Assembly (NCBI GenBank): GCA_951406725.2
Contig: OX597823.1
Location: forward strand, 30,008,001 to 30,072,000
DNA from: Octopus vulgaris
Lineage: Eukaryota
Length of the DNA: 64,000 bases
Reading direction: 5' to 3'
In this document: positions 1-13,802 of the stretch, piece after piece
Position numbering within the stretch: position 1 is the first letter of the stretch
How the letters are laid out: every line of letters begins with the position of its first letter
The notes under the pieces: generated by a model
Database searches by the model: none
The model's input: only the letters and a program-made list of their open reading frames with translations
Told to the model about the DNA's origin: nothing
Translations under genes and position numbers: made by a program

Positions 1-183
1 TATCTTATAATTTTTCAAAATTCCGCGCGCAGGCGCATTTACAGTCGGCAATGGAAAACAATGCCGAGCTGAATCTTTGAGAATGCTAAGAATATATTCA
101 TAAGATACATATATAGTACACTATTAAATGTACACTATTTTGAAATATGAATATGTTTTCTATTGACTATCTATATATGCTAG

Positions 184-546
184 AGGCGCAATGGCCCAGT
201 GGTTAGGGCAGCGGACTCGCGGTCATAGGATCGCGGTTTCGATTCCCAGACCGGGTGTTGTGAGTGTTTATTGAGCGAAAACACCTAAAACCTCCACGAG
301 GTTCTGGCAGGGGATGGTGGTGATCCCTGCTGTACTCTTTCACCACAACTTTCTCTCACTCTTACTTCCTGTTTCTGTTGCACCTGTATTTGAAAGGGCC
401 GGCCTTGTCACTCTCTGTGTCACGCTGAATATCCCCGAGAACTACGTTAAGGGTACACGTGTCTGTACCCTTAATTTCACGAGCAGGTTGTTCCGTTGGT
501 CGGATCAACCGGAACCCTCATCGTCGTAACCGACGGAGTGCTTCCA
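184..546 (+). mobile_element. tRNA-derived SINE, family A, with 12-bp target-site duplication
   Basis: tRNA-like head (ggcccagtggttagggcagcgg...ggtttcgattccc). Flanked by tatatatgctag (172-183) and tatacatgctag (547-558). Many copies in the window. Confidence 0.9.
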
Positions 547-766
547 TATACATGCTAGGCCACTGGTGGGGATATTTATAACGAATATTCGCCACCCTAT
601 ATATGTATCTTATGAATATATTCTTAGCATATTCGATGATTCAACTCGGCATTGTTTTTTATTGCCAACGGAAAATGCGCCTGCGCGCGTAATTTTGAAA
701 AATTATGACATATAATGACGTGACACGTGTTATCTTGTCTCTGAATTATAAGTTAGTTATTGAGGC

Positions 767-877
767 CGGTTACTGACGAGACTTCGCCTGGTGGAGAATA
801 TTGTTTTGCTAAATTACCTATTAAAGGATGGCAAATAATTTTATTTGCTAAAGAAATTCGAAACCATTGTATAACCG
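767..877 (+). ncRNA. Type I hammerhead ribozyme motif with long stem II insertion
   Basis: cggtta-CTGACGA(773-779)-gacttc...gaaattc-GAAAC-catt-GTA-taaccg; stem I cggtta/taaccg. Confidence 0.75.
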
Positions 878-1127
878 CTTATAAAAATAACAGGGTAAAA
901 GTTTTTATTTTTCATTTACTTCGAAAATTGCTATTAAATCGTGGTTTTGGCCGTGTTAGCTGCTATTTCTAGCATGTAAAAATTACCTGTCAAAGGGTAG
1001 TTTTCTTTTGTGTTTAAATGTACACTATTTTAAAATATGAATATGTTGTCTATTGACTATCTATACATGCTAGGTTACTGGTGGTGATATTTATAACGAA
1101 TATTCGCTACCCTATATATGTATCTTA

Positions 1128-1177
<50 letters not shown>

Positions 1178-1399
1178 TTACATTCCAGATGTTTTGAGGT
1201 ATTTTTAGGAGAGACATCTGTAACTGTCCTACATTATGGTAATTTAAGTATATCATTGATATACATATAATACGCTGACCTGCCAATTATTATTATCCTA
1301 GATTGAAGGAGACGGTCTGTAACTGCACTTTTAACATACTTTACTAAATTTGGTTTGTCACGCCTTGACTAGTTTGTAGAAGGCAGTCGGGAGGTGAAG

Positions 1400-2010
1400 A
1401 CAATTTGAAAGCTTGATATACAATGAAGTTTTGTGTTAAACTGGGCCAAAATGCTACTAAGACTTATGAAATCAGGGGCGGACTGAGCCGTCTGTCAATT
1501 GGACACTGCCGGTGGGGGGGCATACTCTACATGTTAACTCTACTAAATCAATGCTAACGGGCCCGGTAAACAGCTATGCCCGAAGGTCCTTAATACTCTC
1601 AGTCCGACCCTGTATGAAATGCTCCACACTACTAACAGGTTCAGTTGTTTGAGCCGAACATCTGATTTTCGTTGACAAAAGTGGCTAGACAATGCAAATC
1701 TGCTGAGAAGCTTGTGACGATAATCTTTTCGGTAGCAAGGGAATCATTCATATTCACTGCGTTCTCTTTAGCCAGCCAGACGGTTAACAAAGAGTACTTT
1801 GTGGAGATTATGGGGGACCGAGAAGAAACATCGTCGCAAAAGGCCAGAGCTGTTCAACTCGGGTCGGTAGCACCAGCGCCAAGACAATGCACCAGTCTAT
1901 AATTCCATTCTGGTGACAAACTACTTGACAGGGATGCGCATCAAAGCTCGTTGACCCACGCTACAGTTCAAACCTTGCATCCTGTGACACTGGATTGTTT
2001 CCAAAGATGG
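1400..2010 (+). pseudogene. Degenerate mariner transposase, interrupted by a hAT MITE
   Basis: Frames give MKFCVKLGQNATKTYE (N-terminal HTH) and KVARQCKSAEKLVTIIF...QTVNKEYFVEIM, plus remnants of DNAP and of the YSPDLAP-like motif (YSSNLASCDTGLFPK). Stops and frameshifts present. Confidence 0.8.
1473..1612. mobile_element. hAT-type MITE (140 bp)
   Basis: TIRs caggggcggactgag / ctcagtccgaccctg; 8-bp TSD tatgaaat at 1465-1472 and 1613-1620. Confidence 0.9.
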
Positions 2011-2086
2011 AGAACTGCAGAATCATTCATTTTGAAAGTCAGTGACTCGACGAAGGAGATTGTGAAAAGGGTCTTGCAGTAATCAC

Positions 2087-2126
<40 letters not shown>

Positions 2127-2466
2127 CTCTCTCTCATTCTCTCTCTCTATATATATATCTATCTACCTATCTATATCTATATATATATACACACACACAT
2201 AGAGAGGGAGAGAGAGAAAAAGAATGAGAGAGCGAGAGGGTTATCCCTAAAGTAGATTTTTAATCTTTGACGTGAGATCAAAGAGATGCTGTGTAGGTTC
2301 ATTGATATAACGTACTGTTGCTTTTTCTAAGTTTAAATCCTAAGTTCTTAGTGGATAATTATTTCGAGTGGAACAAGGATGTTTTAACCATAGACATTAA
2401 GGTTTAAGGTATACACTGTTCTATGACTGTAAAAATTATTAGATTATATATATATATATATATCTA

Positions 2467-2838
2467 ATTAAGAGAAATAACCTCTATTAAGCAATTCAAT
2501 AGTGAAAGACATTATCTATATTATATAGAAAAAATTTAAATATACTATGATAAATATTATTTTAAAAAATCAATAAATTTAATTAACATTAAATTAAATA
2601 GATATGCCCAAGGGTTCGAGGAGTGGCTATATTTTAAATTGAATTAATTTGAATAGTATCGAGTTTATTATTATTGATTTAAAGATATAGTCACGAAACG
2701 CGCGTAGTCAATATAATGTTTATTTAATTTATTGATTTTTAAAAATAATATTTATTATAGTAAATTAATTTTTTTTGTATGTAATATAGATAATGTCTTT
2801 CACAACTGAATTGCTTAATAAAGTTTATTCTCTTAATT
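2467..2838 (+). mobile_element. Fold-back element between (TA)n tracts with degenerate hammerhead
   Basis: ~2467-2590 is an imperfect reverse complement of ~2712-2838. The spacer holds tcgagga-gtggctatat...atatagtcac-GAAAC-gcgc-GTA (2612-2710). Confidence 0.6.
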
Positions 2839-3201
2839 ATATACATATATTATATATTGTGAAATTTGATTTAGAATTGCTGAATTGAATTTTTCCCTGT
2901 ATTATATTCCCTACTATTATTATTAATATGTATATATATATGTGCGTATGTATGTGTGTGTGTAAGTACGTACGTATGTACATATATATATATATATGCA
3001 CACACACACACACAGACACACATATATATATACTCAACAGTTGCGGTAGTTATAGAAAACTGGCGCTACTCATTTCCATACAATAATTGTTAATACTTTA
3101 ATTTTAAATATCAGGGGCTTATGAACGAGGATCTTACTCCGCACACTATCAGGATATGATATAATATATGTAACCTATGTAGTAAATACATACACACATA
3201 C

Positions 3202-3361
3202 GCAGGTGCGGCTGTGTGGTAAGAAGCTTGCTTCCCAACCATAGGGTTCCGGGTTCAGTCCCACTGTGTGGTATCTCGGGCAAGTGTCTTCTACTATAGC
3301 CTCGAGCCGACCAAAGCCTTGTGAGTGGATTTGGTAGATGGAAACTGAAAGAAGCTTGTCG

Positions 3362-3431
<70 letters not shown>

Positions 3432-3628
3432 TGCCTGTGTTTGTCTCCCCACCATTGCTTTGACCGCCTATGTTATGTGTTTACGTCCCCGTAACTTAGC
3501 GGTTCGGCAAAAGAGAAACGATAGAATAAGTACTAGGCTTACAAATAATAAGTCCTGGGGTTGATTTTCTCGAATAAAAGGTGGTGCTCCAGCTAGGCCG
3601 CAGTCAAATGACTGAAATAAATAAAAGA
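3202..3628 (+). mobile_element. tRNA-derived SINE, family B
   Basis: Head gctgtgtggtaagaagcttgcttcccaacc...ggttcagtcccactg, internal (TA)n(TG)n, 3' end ...cagtcaaatgactgaaa. More than 10 copies in the window. Confidence 0.9.
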
Positions 3629-3705
3629 ATACGCACATACATACATACATACATACATACATACATACATACATACATACATACATGCATACATACATAC
3701 ATGCA

Positions 3706-3739
<34 letters not shown>

Positions 3740-3801
3740 CATACGTACATACACACATACATACAGGTATGCATATAAACATACGCAAATACATACATGC
3801 A

Positions 3802-3869
<68 letters not shown>

Positions 3870-4346
3870 GTTTCAATGCAGGAAATAGTCAGTGGAGCAT
3901 TCCTCTGAAAGCACAACACCACCCAAGAGAACACAAGAGAACACGTATAGATATTTGAGACAGGAAACAGAAACGCTGTGAAGTTATAGACGCCAGCTGC
4001 CCACCAGATGTGAGCTTTTCACAGTAAATTACAAAGATACATTTGATCCTGTAACCACTGGTGAACTTGGATATATTACCAAATGTCTACGTAATAATCA
4101 GTAAAAACAAAATGTTGCTTTTCAGAGAAAGAAAAAACGCTAACTAGCATGTAATTAACAAAGTCAATCTGTAAGTGGAACACGAAAAATATGCAAGTCT
4201 TATCTGAAATTTAATATATACCATTTTGCTGTTGTTTACGTCTAATTCCATCAAAGCGTCGTGTTTTTTATGCTTATGGAGCAACTCTTTCGGTTTGGGA
4301 AAAGTTCAATGAATTATAACAGGAAAGAGCCAGTGAAACATCATCA

Positions 4347-4444
<98 letters not shown>

Positions 4445-4487
4445 ATGTATGTATGTATGCATGTATGTGTGTATGCATGTATGTATG

Positions 4488-4650
4488 TATCTAAGAAAAA
4501 CAGGCAGTCAGAATTCTGGATAATTCTTTATCAGCGCCTTCGTTCGATAATACCAAGATTTTGGTTTTATTTTGAAGCGTTCAGTTAAACGAATGAAAGC
4601 CCGAATAAAGAATTATCCAAAGTTCTAGCTGCTCCCTTTTTCTTAATACA
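4488..4650. repeat. Small fold-back element (~60-bp imperfect inverted arms) between microsatellites
   Basis: taagaaaaa...ggataattctttatc versus gaataaagaattatcc...tttttctta. Confidence 0.55.
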
Positions 4651-5291
4651 CACACACAATACACACATACATACACACATACATACATACATACATACAT
4701 ACATACATACATACATACACTTACATCAATAAATACATAGATACATGCATACACACATACATATATATACTATATATACACGCACATACATACGTATATA
4801 TATATGTGTGTGGGTATCAATGTGTGTGTGTGTGCGTGTGTGTGTATGCACATATATCCTGTGCTTTTAACACACTATATGTTTTTGAAGGAGTTCTCAC
4901 TGGACAAGATACCGCAGCTTCAAAACTATATCTTAATGATAATTTTTCCCTTCGTCGAACCTGATTCAGATACAAATTCTAATTTTGTTTTCCTTGTGCA
5001 ACGCATTTGCACATCAGAAAATAACTTTTACGCTAACTGTCGGCATACCTCTTGCTGGCCGAGACAGGTCATTTCGACGGTGGATGTTATGTGGCAGAAA
5101 TGCCCGCGAAATATTAATATCTGTCACCCTCTTTCACTTCCTGAGCAATTTCTTTTCGCCAAGCTTTGAGTTATGCATATCTTTAAAGGGGTCTCCTCTG
5201 GGCAAAGTAATGCAGCTTCACAACGTTTAATAATACACATTTATATAAATACCGGCTGATTTTTCGTACTCCCCACCCTTATATATATATA

Positions 5292-6340
5292 TCTCTAAAT
5301 ATAAAACTGAGAATGTGTGTGTGTGTCTGTCTGTCTGTCTGTCTGTGTGTTTCCCTAAAACTTGAGAACTACACAACCAATTTCATTCAAATTTTACACA
5401 TGCCTTACTTAGAATCCATGTACTTTCATGGGCAAAAAAATGTTCAAACTTCTTGCCTAGAGCGAGCCCATAGCAATATCATATCTTCTCCACTATTTCA
5501 GTATTACGTGTTAAAAGTGAAACAAAAACATTTCTCTATTTTATGTCAGATGCTTTCACTTTAACAATAAAAATAATAATAACAATTGAATTATATGTAG
5601 TAAGTAATAATTATAACCAGTATAATATAATAATTAAATCGTAACATAACAAAAGTAAAAATAGCAATTGGTATAAAATTGCATCAATGACTTGATCTTG
5701 AATAAGTGGTTTCACATGAATGGGAAAAATTAAAAATAAAATTAGCGCGCAGAAATGGAATAGTCCAAATGGATAATAAAAAATTAAATTAAAGGAAATA
5801 CTATTGTCTATAAAGTATACAATGTAGAGAAAATAGAAGATTTGAACACATGGAAGAAAGCACCATCGAAAATGTCTTGGTGCAACTATGAAAGATATCT
5901 AACCAGAGGCGGTAAATTCGCCACAATAGAAGCAAGGTTCGAGTCAACGGAGCATGCAAGGGAGTACTCGACTCGAACTTGCAAAGTGGAAATATTTTAT
6001 TTTTACCTTTATATCTGGGAAGTAGGACGTGCCGGATAAAAATTTAAAATGTCCCCCCACCCCCACCCCAGAAGTAGAGGTAGGCTGGATTGTAGCCACA
6101 CTTCTCTACAAGAGGGACGACAAGATACAATTGATCGAAATTACAAGAGACGGGCTAACAATTCCAGTCTGTTATATATTTTGAGTATTGTTATCACTAG
6201 CGATATCAAGATATAACTTTGTATTTTGTATTTTATGTGTAGATGTATATATATAGATGTACATGTAATATGTACACAAATATATACACGTATATAAATG
6301 CATTGGCTCTAAGACCCGGCAACGACGGGTCATAATGCTA

Positions 6341-6341
<1 letters not shown>
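5292..6341 (+). mobile_element. Non-autonomous Helitron
   Basis: A|TC 5' end followed by (TG)n/(TGTC)n. 3' hairpin gacccg-gcaacga-cgggtc (6313-6331), then CTAG (6338-6341)|T. No TSD. Confidence 0.75.
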
Positions 6342-6378
<37 letters not shown>

Positions 6379-6497
6379 CAATATTAAGGAATGGCTTTGA
6401 TAGGCCATTCGACCCACTAGAAAGCGCAGCTAAACTCAAACCACTAAATAGTTGTAATTCAGAAACCAAAGGAAAATAAAAACATTTACCCTTATCA

Positions 6498-6595
6498 TCT
6501 TTGGACTATGCATAGTTTCGACATACATATTGGCAAACTGATTTAATTAAATTAAATTAAATCTATTTGCCACTGGCCTGTCTCGTCAGCAAAGA
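6498..6595 (-). ncRNA. Type I hammerhead ribozyme (inverted copy)
   Basis: Reverse complement of the 6828-6920 motif with intact core and stems. Confidence 0.85.
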
Positions 6596-6827
6596 AGCCA
6601 GGGAAATATATATCCACTGGCCTGCTGGTGGCGAAAAATTTTTCTTGAATTTTTTGCTACCCTGATATTGATTAATTAATGATTTTTTGGCTAATTCTGA
6701 AATTAAATCAGCAGTTTATATTTGCTGCTGATAAGTTGGCGCCGTGACGGTAGATTTTGAAAATTTAGAATATATATTCTCTCGAGGAGTCGATGCTGTC
6801 GCCTCGTGGATATATATTTCCCTGGCT

Positions 6828-6920
6828 TCTTTGCTGACGAGACAGGCCAGTGGCAAATAGATTTAATTTAATTAAATCGGTTTGCCAATATGTATGTCGA
6901 AACTATGCATAGTCCAAAGA
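6828..6920 (+). ncRNA. Type I hammerhead ribozyme, canonical core
   Basis: tctttg-CTGACGA-gaca[insert with tggcaaa/tttgcca hairpin]tgtc-GAAAC-tatgcata-GTC-caaaga. 6-bp stem I, palindromic stem III, GUC cleavage triplet at 6912-6914. Confidence 0.9.
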
Positions 6921-7134
6921 TAATAAGGGTAAATGTTTTTTTATTTTCCTTTGGTCTCTGAATTACAACTATTTAGCGGTTTGAGTTTAGCTGCTCTTTC
7001 TAGTGGGTCGAATGGCCTATCAAGACCATTCCTTAATATTGTTGAATGTATATAGTCTGTTGACTATTTTTCTTTCTCACTGGACCGCTGGTGGCGAAAA
7101 GTTTCTCTTGAGAATATATATATATATATATTCT

Positions 7135-7651
<517 letters not shown>

Positions 7652-7838
7652 CAGGCATAAACTAAAAATAGGACCGAAGAGACCCTCTTCAGCGTAGTTA
7701 GTGGCATGAACGCGAATATAGATAATAAATACAGGTATAACAAATGCCATACAATGTACTTTCTCGATTTATTAAAAGATCTCTCCCCACTTAAGGTCGT
7801 GTCACAGCTAACAAACAGCAGTTGAGATATGAATATGC

Positions 7839-7901
<63 letters not shown>

Positions 7902-7917
7902 TGTATGTACACGGGTA

Positions 7918-8007
7918 TATGCATTTATTCACTTTAGCAAACAGTAGAAGCACAGTAACAGCTTTGAAATTCACGTGTCTATATTTATGTTCGTGAGTCT
8001 ATAAATA

Positions 8008-8041
<34 letters not shown>

Positions 8042-8773
8042 CACGCACGGGCATATATGTATATGTAGGTATAAATATATATAAATATGTAATATGCATA
8101 TATTTCACCACACGCCTACACAACCACATAACCTTCCTATATATATATATATATATATAACGTACCTATAAATATATGTTTACATGTATGTATATATGTA
8201 TTATGTATGTGTGTGTATGCCTCTGTGTGTGTATATGTGTGTGTCTGCCTGTATTTACAGATGTGTATAAATTTAGACATGTAAATATTTCACCTGCTAT
8301 TGTACTTTTAAGCTTGTAGATAACTGTTTGCGAACACCTACACACGCACACGCACACACACACACACATACATACATACATACATACATACATACATACA
8401 TACATACATACATACATACATACATACACATCCACCTACATATAGTCGGACAGTGAGAGGTTGGTGGGTGAGCTTTTCCCCCAGATGGCTGCCAGCTGTT
8501 ACGACTAACTAGCCAGCCCGCCAGCCAGCCAGCCAGCCAGCCAGCCGTAGTTATGAGAATTAGGAGACAGACAGACAGACAGACGGACAGACAGACATGT
8601 AACCAGACATGTCAGGAGGGTTGTCTATTTTTTCGTTTTGTTTTGTATGTTTTGTTTATTTTTTTTTTTGCTTTAGAAACTCGCTGTAGACTCTTGTCTA
8701 CGACTAGCACTACTACAGCTAGTACTACTACTAACACCACTACCACCACCGCTACTGCCACTGCTGCTGCTGT

Positions 8774-8816
<43 letters not shown>

Positions 8817-9115
8817 GCTGCTACTACTACTACTACTGCTACTGCTGCTGCTGCTGCTGCTGCAACAATTTTCTTGTCTCTCTGCTCCATACTCTTAACA
8901 GCGACTCTGAGAGTGGAATGTCTTGTGTTTGTGTATCACCACAGCAACCTGGTTGTTCCACCAGCAGCATCCATCCATCCATCCATCCATCCATCGGCAT
9001 CGTCATCATCATCATATTCATCATCAACTTTATCGTCGGCGGCAGCAGCGGTGGCGTCACTTCCGGAATTCCTGCATGACTTCATTTAGTTTCCAAGATT
9101 ACTGCATAGGATGAG
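7918..9115. repeat. Left arm of ~1.2-kb diverged inverted duplication (partner 12684-13925)
   Basis: Unique blocks such as cccccagatggctgccagctgttacgactaac, cagacatgtaaccagacatgtcaggagggttgtctatt and aattcctgcatgactt recur in reverse complement and mirrored order. Confidence 0.85.
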
Positions 9116-9124
9116 CTGGAAGAA

Positions 9125-9204
<80 letters not shown>

Positions 9205-9415
9205 CGTGCGTGTACCTCTAATTGCAGGTATTAAATCGCAGAAAGAAATTCGCTGTAAAATGCTCAGTGTGTTAAGTAGCTTGCTTACCAGACACAGAAT
9301 ATTCCGGGTTCATTCCCACTGCGTGGCACCTTGGGCAAGTGCCTTCTAATATAAACTCGGGCCGATCAAAGCCTTGTGATTGGATTTAGTAGGCGGAAGC
9401 TGAAAGAAGCCCGTC

Positions 9416-9494
<79 letters not shown>

Positions 9495-9852
9495 GAACAA
9501 AAACGCAATAGGGGACATTAAAATATTCGGACTGATAGACTATACAAAGGCGGACAAGAGAAACAACAATTAGAAGGACAGGCAAAAATCCAATGATGTG
9601 AACACAGGAGATACCTATCGACTGAAATACCGAGTAATTGTTTATCTCGAACAGTTCTGCGTGTTCCCTATCATTCGATGTGTTTAGCCAGATCTGGCTA
9701 ATAAAGTATCTACCCAGATAACAAATCCCTATTCTATTACATCATACGCACACACACACATACATACATACATAACACATACACAGAAATATACATACAT
9801 ACATACATACATACATACATACATACATACATACATACATACATACATACAT

Positions 9853-10745
9853 TTGGGATATTGGACTGGACTCTCGATGAGATACGTAGCCTAGATTTCA
9901 AAACCAGAAAGGTATTGACCACCACGAGCAGCTTCCGTATTGACAGTGACACTGATAGGACTCACGTGAGACGAAGTGATGTCAGTAGAGGCATTAGGTC
10001 AGTCCAAAGAGCCTTTGAATGCTGCATTGTATCACTTAGACAACACCCGCTGAACAGTAAAGACACAAATAAATATATTCCATGCATACGCAAAAGTTAG
10101 AGCAAAAACATCTTCAGAGCTGGAGAACTGCTGTGAAGGTATTCTGAGAATACAACTGTCTCATGCGACTCAAAAGAGACTGGTATGGCCAAACTAAACA
10201 GAAGGTTATAGGAGAAGCGGGTATCACACCAACAAAAAGCAATGCATTGGTACATGGATGGAAGCACTCTGTCGGTTACGACGACGAGGGTTCCGGTTGA
10301 TCCGATCAACGGAACAGCCTGCTCGTGAAATTAACGTGTAAGTGGCTGAGCACTCCACAGACACGTGTACCCTTAACGTAGTTCTCGGGGATATTCAGCG
10401 TGACACAGAGAGTGACAAGGCAGGCCCTTTCAAATACAGGTACAACAGAAACAGGAAGTAAGAGTGAGAGAAATTTGTGGTGGAAGAGTACAGCAGGGAT
10501 CACCACCATCCCTGCCGGAGCCTCGTGGAACTTTAGGTGTTTTCGCTCAATAAACACTCACAACGCCCGGTCTGGGAATCGAAACCGCGATCCTACGACC
10601 GCGAGTCCGCTGCCCTAACCACTGGGCCATTGCGCTTCGCATTGGTACATACCCTTAAGCTAGAGGGCAACTACAGCATCGACAAGTGTAGCCTCTCCTG
10701 GACCTGCGATAGATACATTACATCCTGCCTAGGAGATAACTACTA
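9853..10745 (+). pseudogene. R4/Dong-like non-LTR retrotransposon fragment (post-RT region), interrupted by a SINE
   Basis: ILDWTLDEIRSLDFKTRKVLT...SDTDRTHVRRSDVSRGIRSV resembles the W...D.KTRK...DRLY..R..GGRGL pattern of R4-clade ORFs. Confidence 0.65.
10256..10638 (-). mobile_element. SINE family A with 12-bp TSD
   Basis: Reverse copy of 184-546; TSD gcattggtacat at 10244-10255 and 10639-10650. Confidence 0.9.
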
Positions 10746-11084
10746 AATACTTGATGAGGGAGCGTGTGTGGGCTCCGTTTGTGAGGTACGTCTTTCTGCA
10801 GCTCGTCTCTTTGACGGAGCTGCAATCCTGGATGAAGAAAAGACCGAGACTGGGCGCCTGGCACCTAGAACATCGTCAGGTGCTCACAGCTCTCTACCAG
10901 TGGGGCAACGGCTAGGTGGATGTTCCACTTCAGCAACATATAGAGGATTAGTGACCGAGAAGTGCGACAATGTTCTCAGGGAGACTGGGCGTCGACGAGA
11001 ACGAACTAGCTCGCCTGTTCCGGAGGACATTCCGGTCGGGAACTTATCATGAGTAATTTCCAGATGTCCTTGGACTGGCAGTGA

Positions 11085-12090
11085 TATTGAGGGGTGTTAC
11101 GCTCTAGATGACCGTCACATCCCAAGGCGTCTCCGACAACTATGATGGGGAGAGCGCATTATGTTTAAACTTGGTGGCTGTTTTAATTTTTAAGTTCCAT
11201 CAATATTCTTTTGACTCATCAGTCTCAATACGATCAACTTTGTCTGTAGGTGTTTTCTTTTCTGTTATCCTGTTCCAGACTGTTCTGTCTATCACATCAC
11301 GCCTCACAGGATAATAATCTCTGGAAGAACATTCTCTTACAGTTGGTAATAATGTGGCTGATGTCTTCAATCTTGGTCTGCACAACCTACATTTGTTGTC
11401 TGTCAATGTTTTCTGCTTTTTATGCTTTAGGTACTTGGTGGAGATCTCTTGTTCTTGGATTGCATGGAGGTAGCCTTCAGTATGGAATGTCAGAAACTTG
11501 TTGGTGCTCCATGCCAAGCTTTTCATATAATCAGTCCCTCCCACGGTTTGTGTTTTATGTGCCAAGTACCCAGTACTATCTTCTCAGTAAACTCATCCAT
11601 CTTTTTTTTTTATTCTGTTCTGATAAACAGATTTTACCAATGCTCCTAGGGGAATGATTTGTATCAGTTCTTATTTCATACCTCTCCTCAAGTTCATTAG
11701 CTATCTTAATTACGTTGTTGATTTCATGGTCACAAACTGGGGCAAGATGGTTACTGGTCTCTTTACTCTGCTGCAAATATTGTTTCAGTGTCAGAATATG
11801 TGTTTCATATGACATCAATACAGATTTGAGATATTGACCACCATCTTTGGTTGGGAAATATAGCCTGTCTACAGCTCCATTGATGTTGAAGGTTCCTGAA
11901 ACACTGAATGGCTTTCTAGTTTGAACATCTATCTCCTTGAGTTCATGTAGTGACCAGTTCAAAAGGCCAAACGTAGGTGTGAAGGCAGGCACTGCAAAGG
12001 TGTTGTGGCCAATATGTTTGTTGTAAACTGAGAGTCTCTTCACTCTCCTGAGGTATTCATTCCTGGTCCCCTTATTTATGGGTCCATCAC
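11085..12090 (-). pseudogene. R4/Dong-like non-LTR retrotransposon fragment (thumb to zinc knuckle / RLE region)
   Basis: NTFAVPAFTPTFGLLNWSLHELKEIDVQTRK...VDRLYFPTKDGG and TEGYLHAIQEQEISTKYL...CRLCR...RRDVI; frameshifted. Confidence 0.75.
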
Positions 12091-12126
12091 ATATGATATA
12101 TATGTATATGTAAGTGTGTATTGTTA

Positions 12127-12173
<47 letters not shown>

Positions 12174-12221
12174 TTGTAAGTGTATCTTGTTTCATTGGAT
12201 CCACAACCCCTAACTTACTTA

Positions 12222-12284
<63 letters not shown>

Positions 12285-12287
<3 letters not shown>

Positions 12288-12680
12288 TTTTATTTGTTTC
12301 AGTCATTTGACTGCGGCCATGCTGGAGCACCACCTTTTAGTCGAGCAAATCGATCCCAGGACTTATTCTTTGTAAACCTAGTACTTATTCTATCTTTTTG
12401 ATTTTTTGCCGAACCGCTAAGTTACGGTGACGTAAACACACCAGCATCGCATGTCAAGCGATGTTGGGGGAGACAAACACAGACACACTATCACACACAC
12501 AAACACACATATTTATATATACATATATTCGACGGGCTTCTTACAGTTTCTGTCAACCAAATCCACTCACAAGGCTTTGGTCGGCCCGAGGCTATAGTAG
12601 AAGACACTTTCCCAAGTTGCCACGCAGTGGAACTGAACTTGGTTGGTAAGCAAGCTACTTACCATACAGCCACACCGGCA
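12285..12680 (-). mobile_element. SINE family B
   Basis: Similarity to other family B copies. Confidence 0.85.
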
Positions 12681-12683
12681 CCT

Positions 12684-13004
12684 ATCCTATGCAGTCATCT
12701 TTGAAACTAAGTCATGCAGGAATTCAGGAACTGAAGATACAGCCTCCTCCATCGACGACAACTATTATGAAAATTATGATGATGATGATGACGTTGGTGA
12801 TTTTGATGACGACGACGATGATGATAGTGATGGATGGATGGATGCTACCGGTGGAACAACCAGGTTGCTATGGTGATACACGAGCGCAAGAGATTTCAGC
12901 TGACATTCCACTCTGAGAGTCGCTGTGAGAGTATGAAGCAGAGACAAGAAAATTATTCTAGCAGCCGTTGCAGCAGCAGCAGCAGTAGCAGCAGTAGTAG
13001 TGGC

Positions 13005-13064
<60 letters not shown>

Positions 13065-13097
13065 TGTAGTAGCAGCAGCAGCAGCAGCAGCAATAGC

Positions 13098-13149
<52 letters not shown>

Positions 13150-13770
13150 AAAATAAAGAAAAACATACAAAACAAAACAAAAATAGACAACCCTCCTGAC
13201 ATGTCTGGTTACATGTCTGTCCGTCTGTCTGTCTGTCCGTCTGTCTGTCTGTCCGCCTGTCTGTCTGTCTGTCTGTCTGTATGTATGTCTATCTGTCTGT
13301 CCGTCTGTCTGTCTGTCTCCTAATTCTCGTCAGACACAGCTACGGCTGCTTGGCTGGCTGGCTGGCTGGCTTGCTGGCTGGTTAGTCGTAACAGCTGGCA
13401 GCCATCTGGGGGGAAAAGCTCACCCACCAACCCCTCACTGTAAGTTTGTATGTAGGTGGATGCGTGTTCTTGTGTGTACGCGTGTATGTATGTATGCATG
13501 CATATATGTATTTATGTATTATGTGTATGCGTGTGCGTGTGTAGGTGTTCACAAACAGTTATGTACAAGCTTAAAAGTACAATAGCAGGTGAAATATTTA
13601 CATATGTCTAAATTTATACACATCTGTAAATACAGGCACATACAAACGCACACTCATATATACATGCATACATACAAACACGCATGCATACACACATACA
13701 TAATACTTGTAGTTAAATGTTTACATATTACATATATATATTTATATCTACATATACATACATGCCCGTA

Positions 13771-13802
<32 letters not shown>

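Larger units (their letters stand above)
1..1135 (+). mobile_element. Non-coding hammerhead-containing element (retrozyme-like / non-autonomous Penelope-like), partial tandem plus inverted arm
   Basis: 1-116 is the reverse complement of ~596-712. 124-183 plus 559-620 recurs directly at 1014-1133, giving a unit of ~515 bp once the SINE is removed. Internal hammerhead at 767-877; ends in (TA)n. Confidence 0.7.
6370..7115 (+). mobile_element. Non-coding hammerhead element in (TA)n: inverted arm plus terminally redundant ~463-bp unit
   Basis: 6370-6617 is the reverse complement of ~6806-7050. cactgg..gctggtggcgaaaa occurs at 6615 and 7078. Hammerhead in both arms; (TA)n on both flanks. Confidence 0.8.

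Noticed and set aside
10750-11085. GC-rich 94-aa ORF between retroelement fragments
   Set aside because: No recognisable motif; probably transposon-derived but cannot be assigned.
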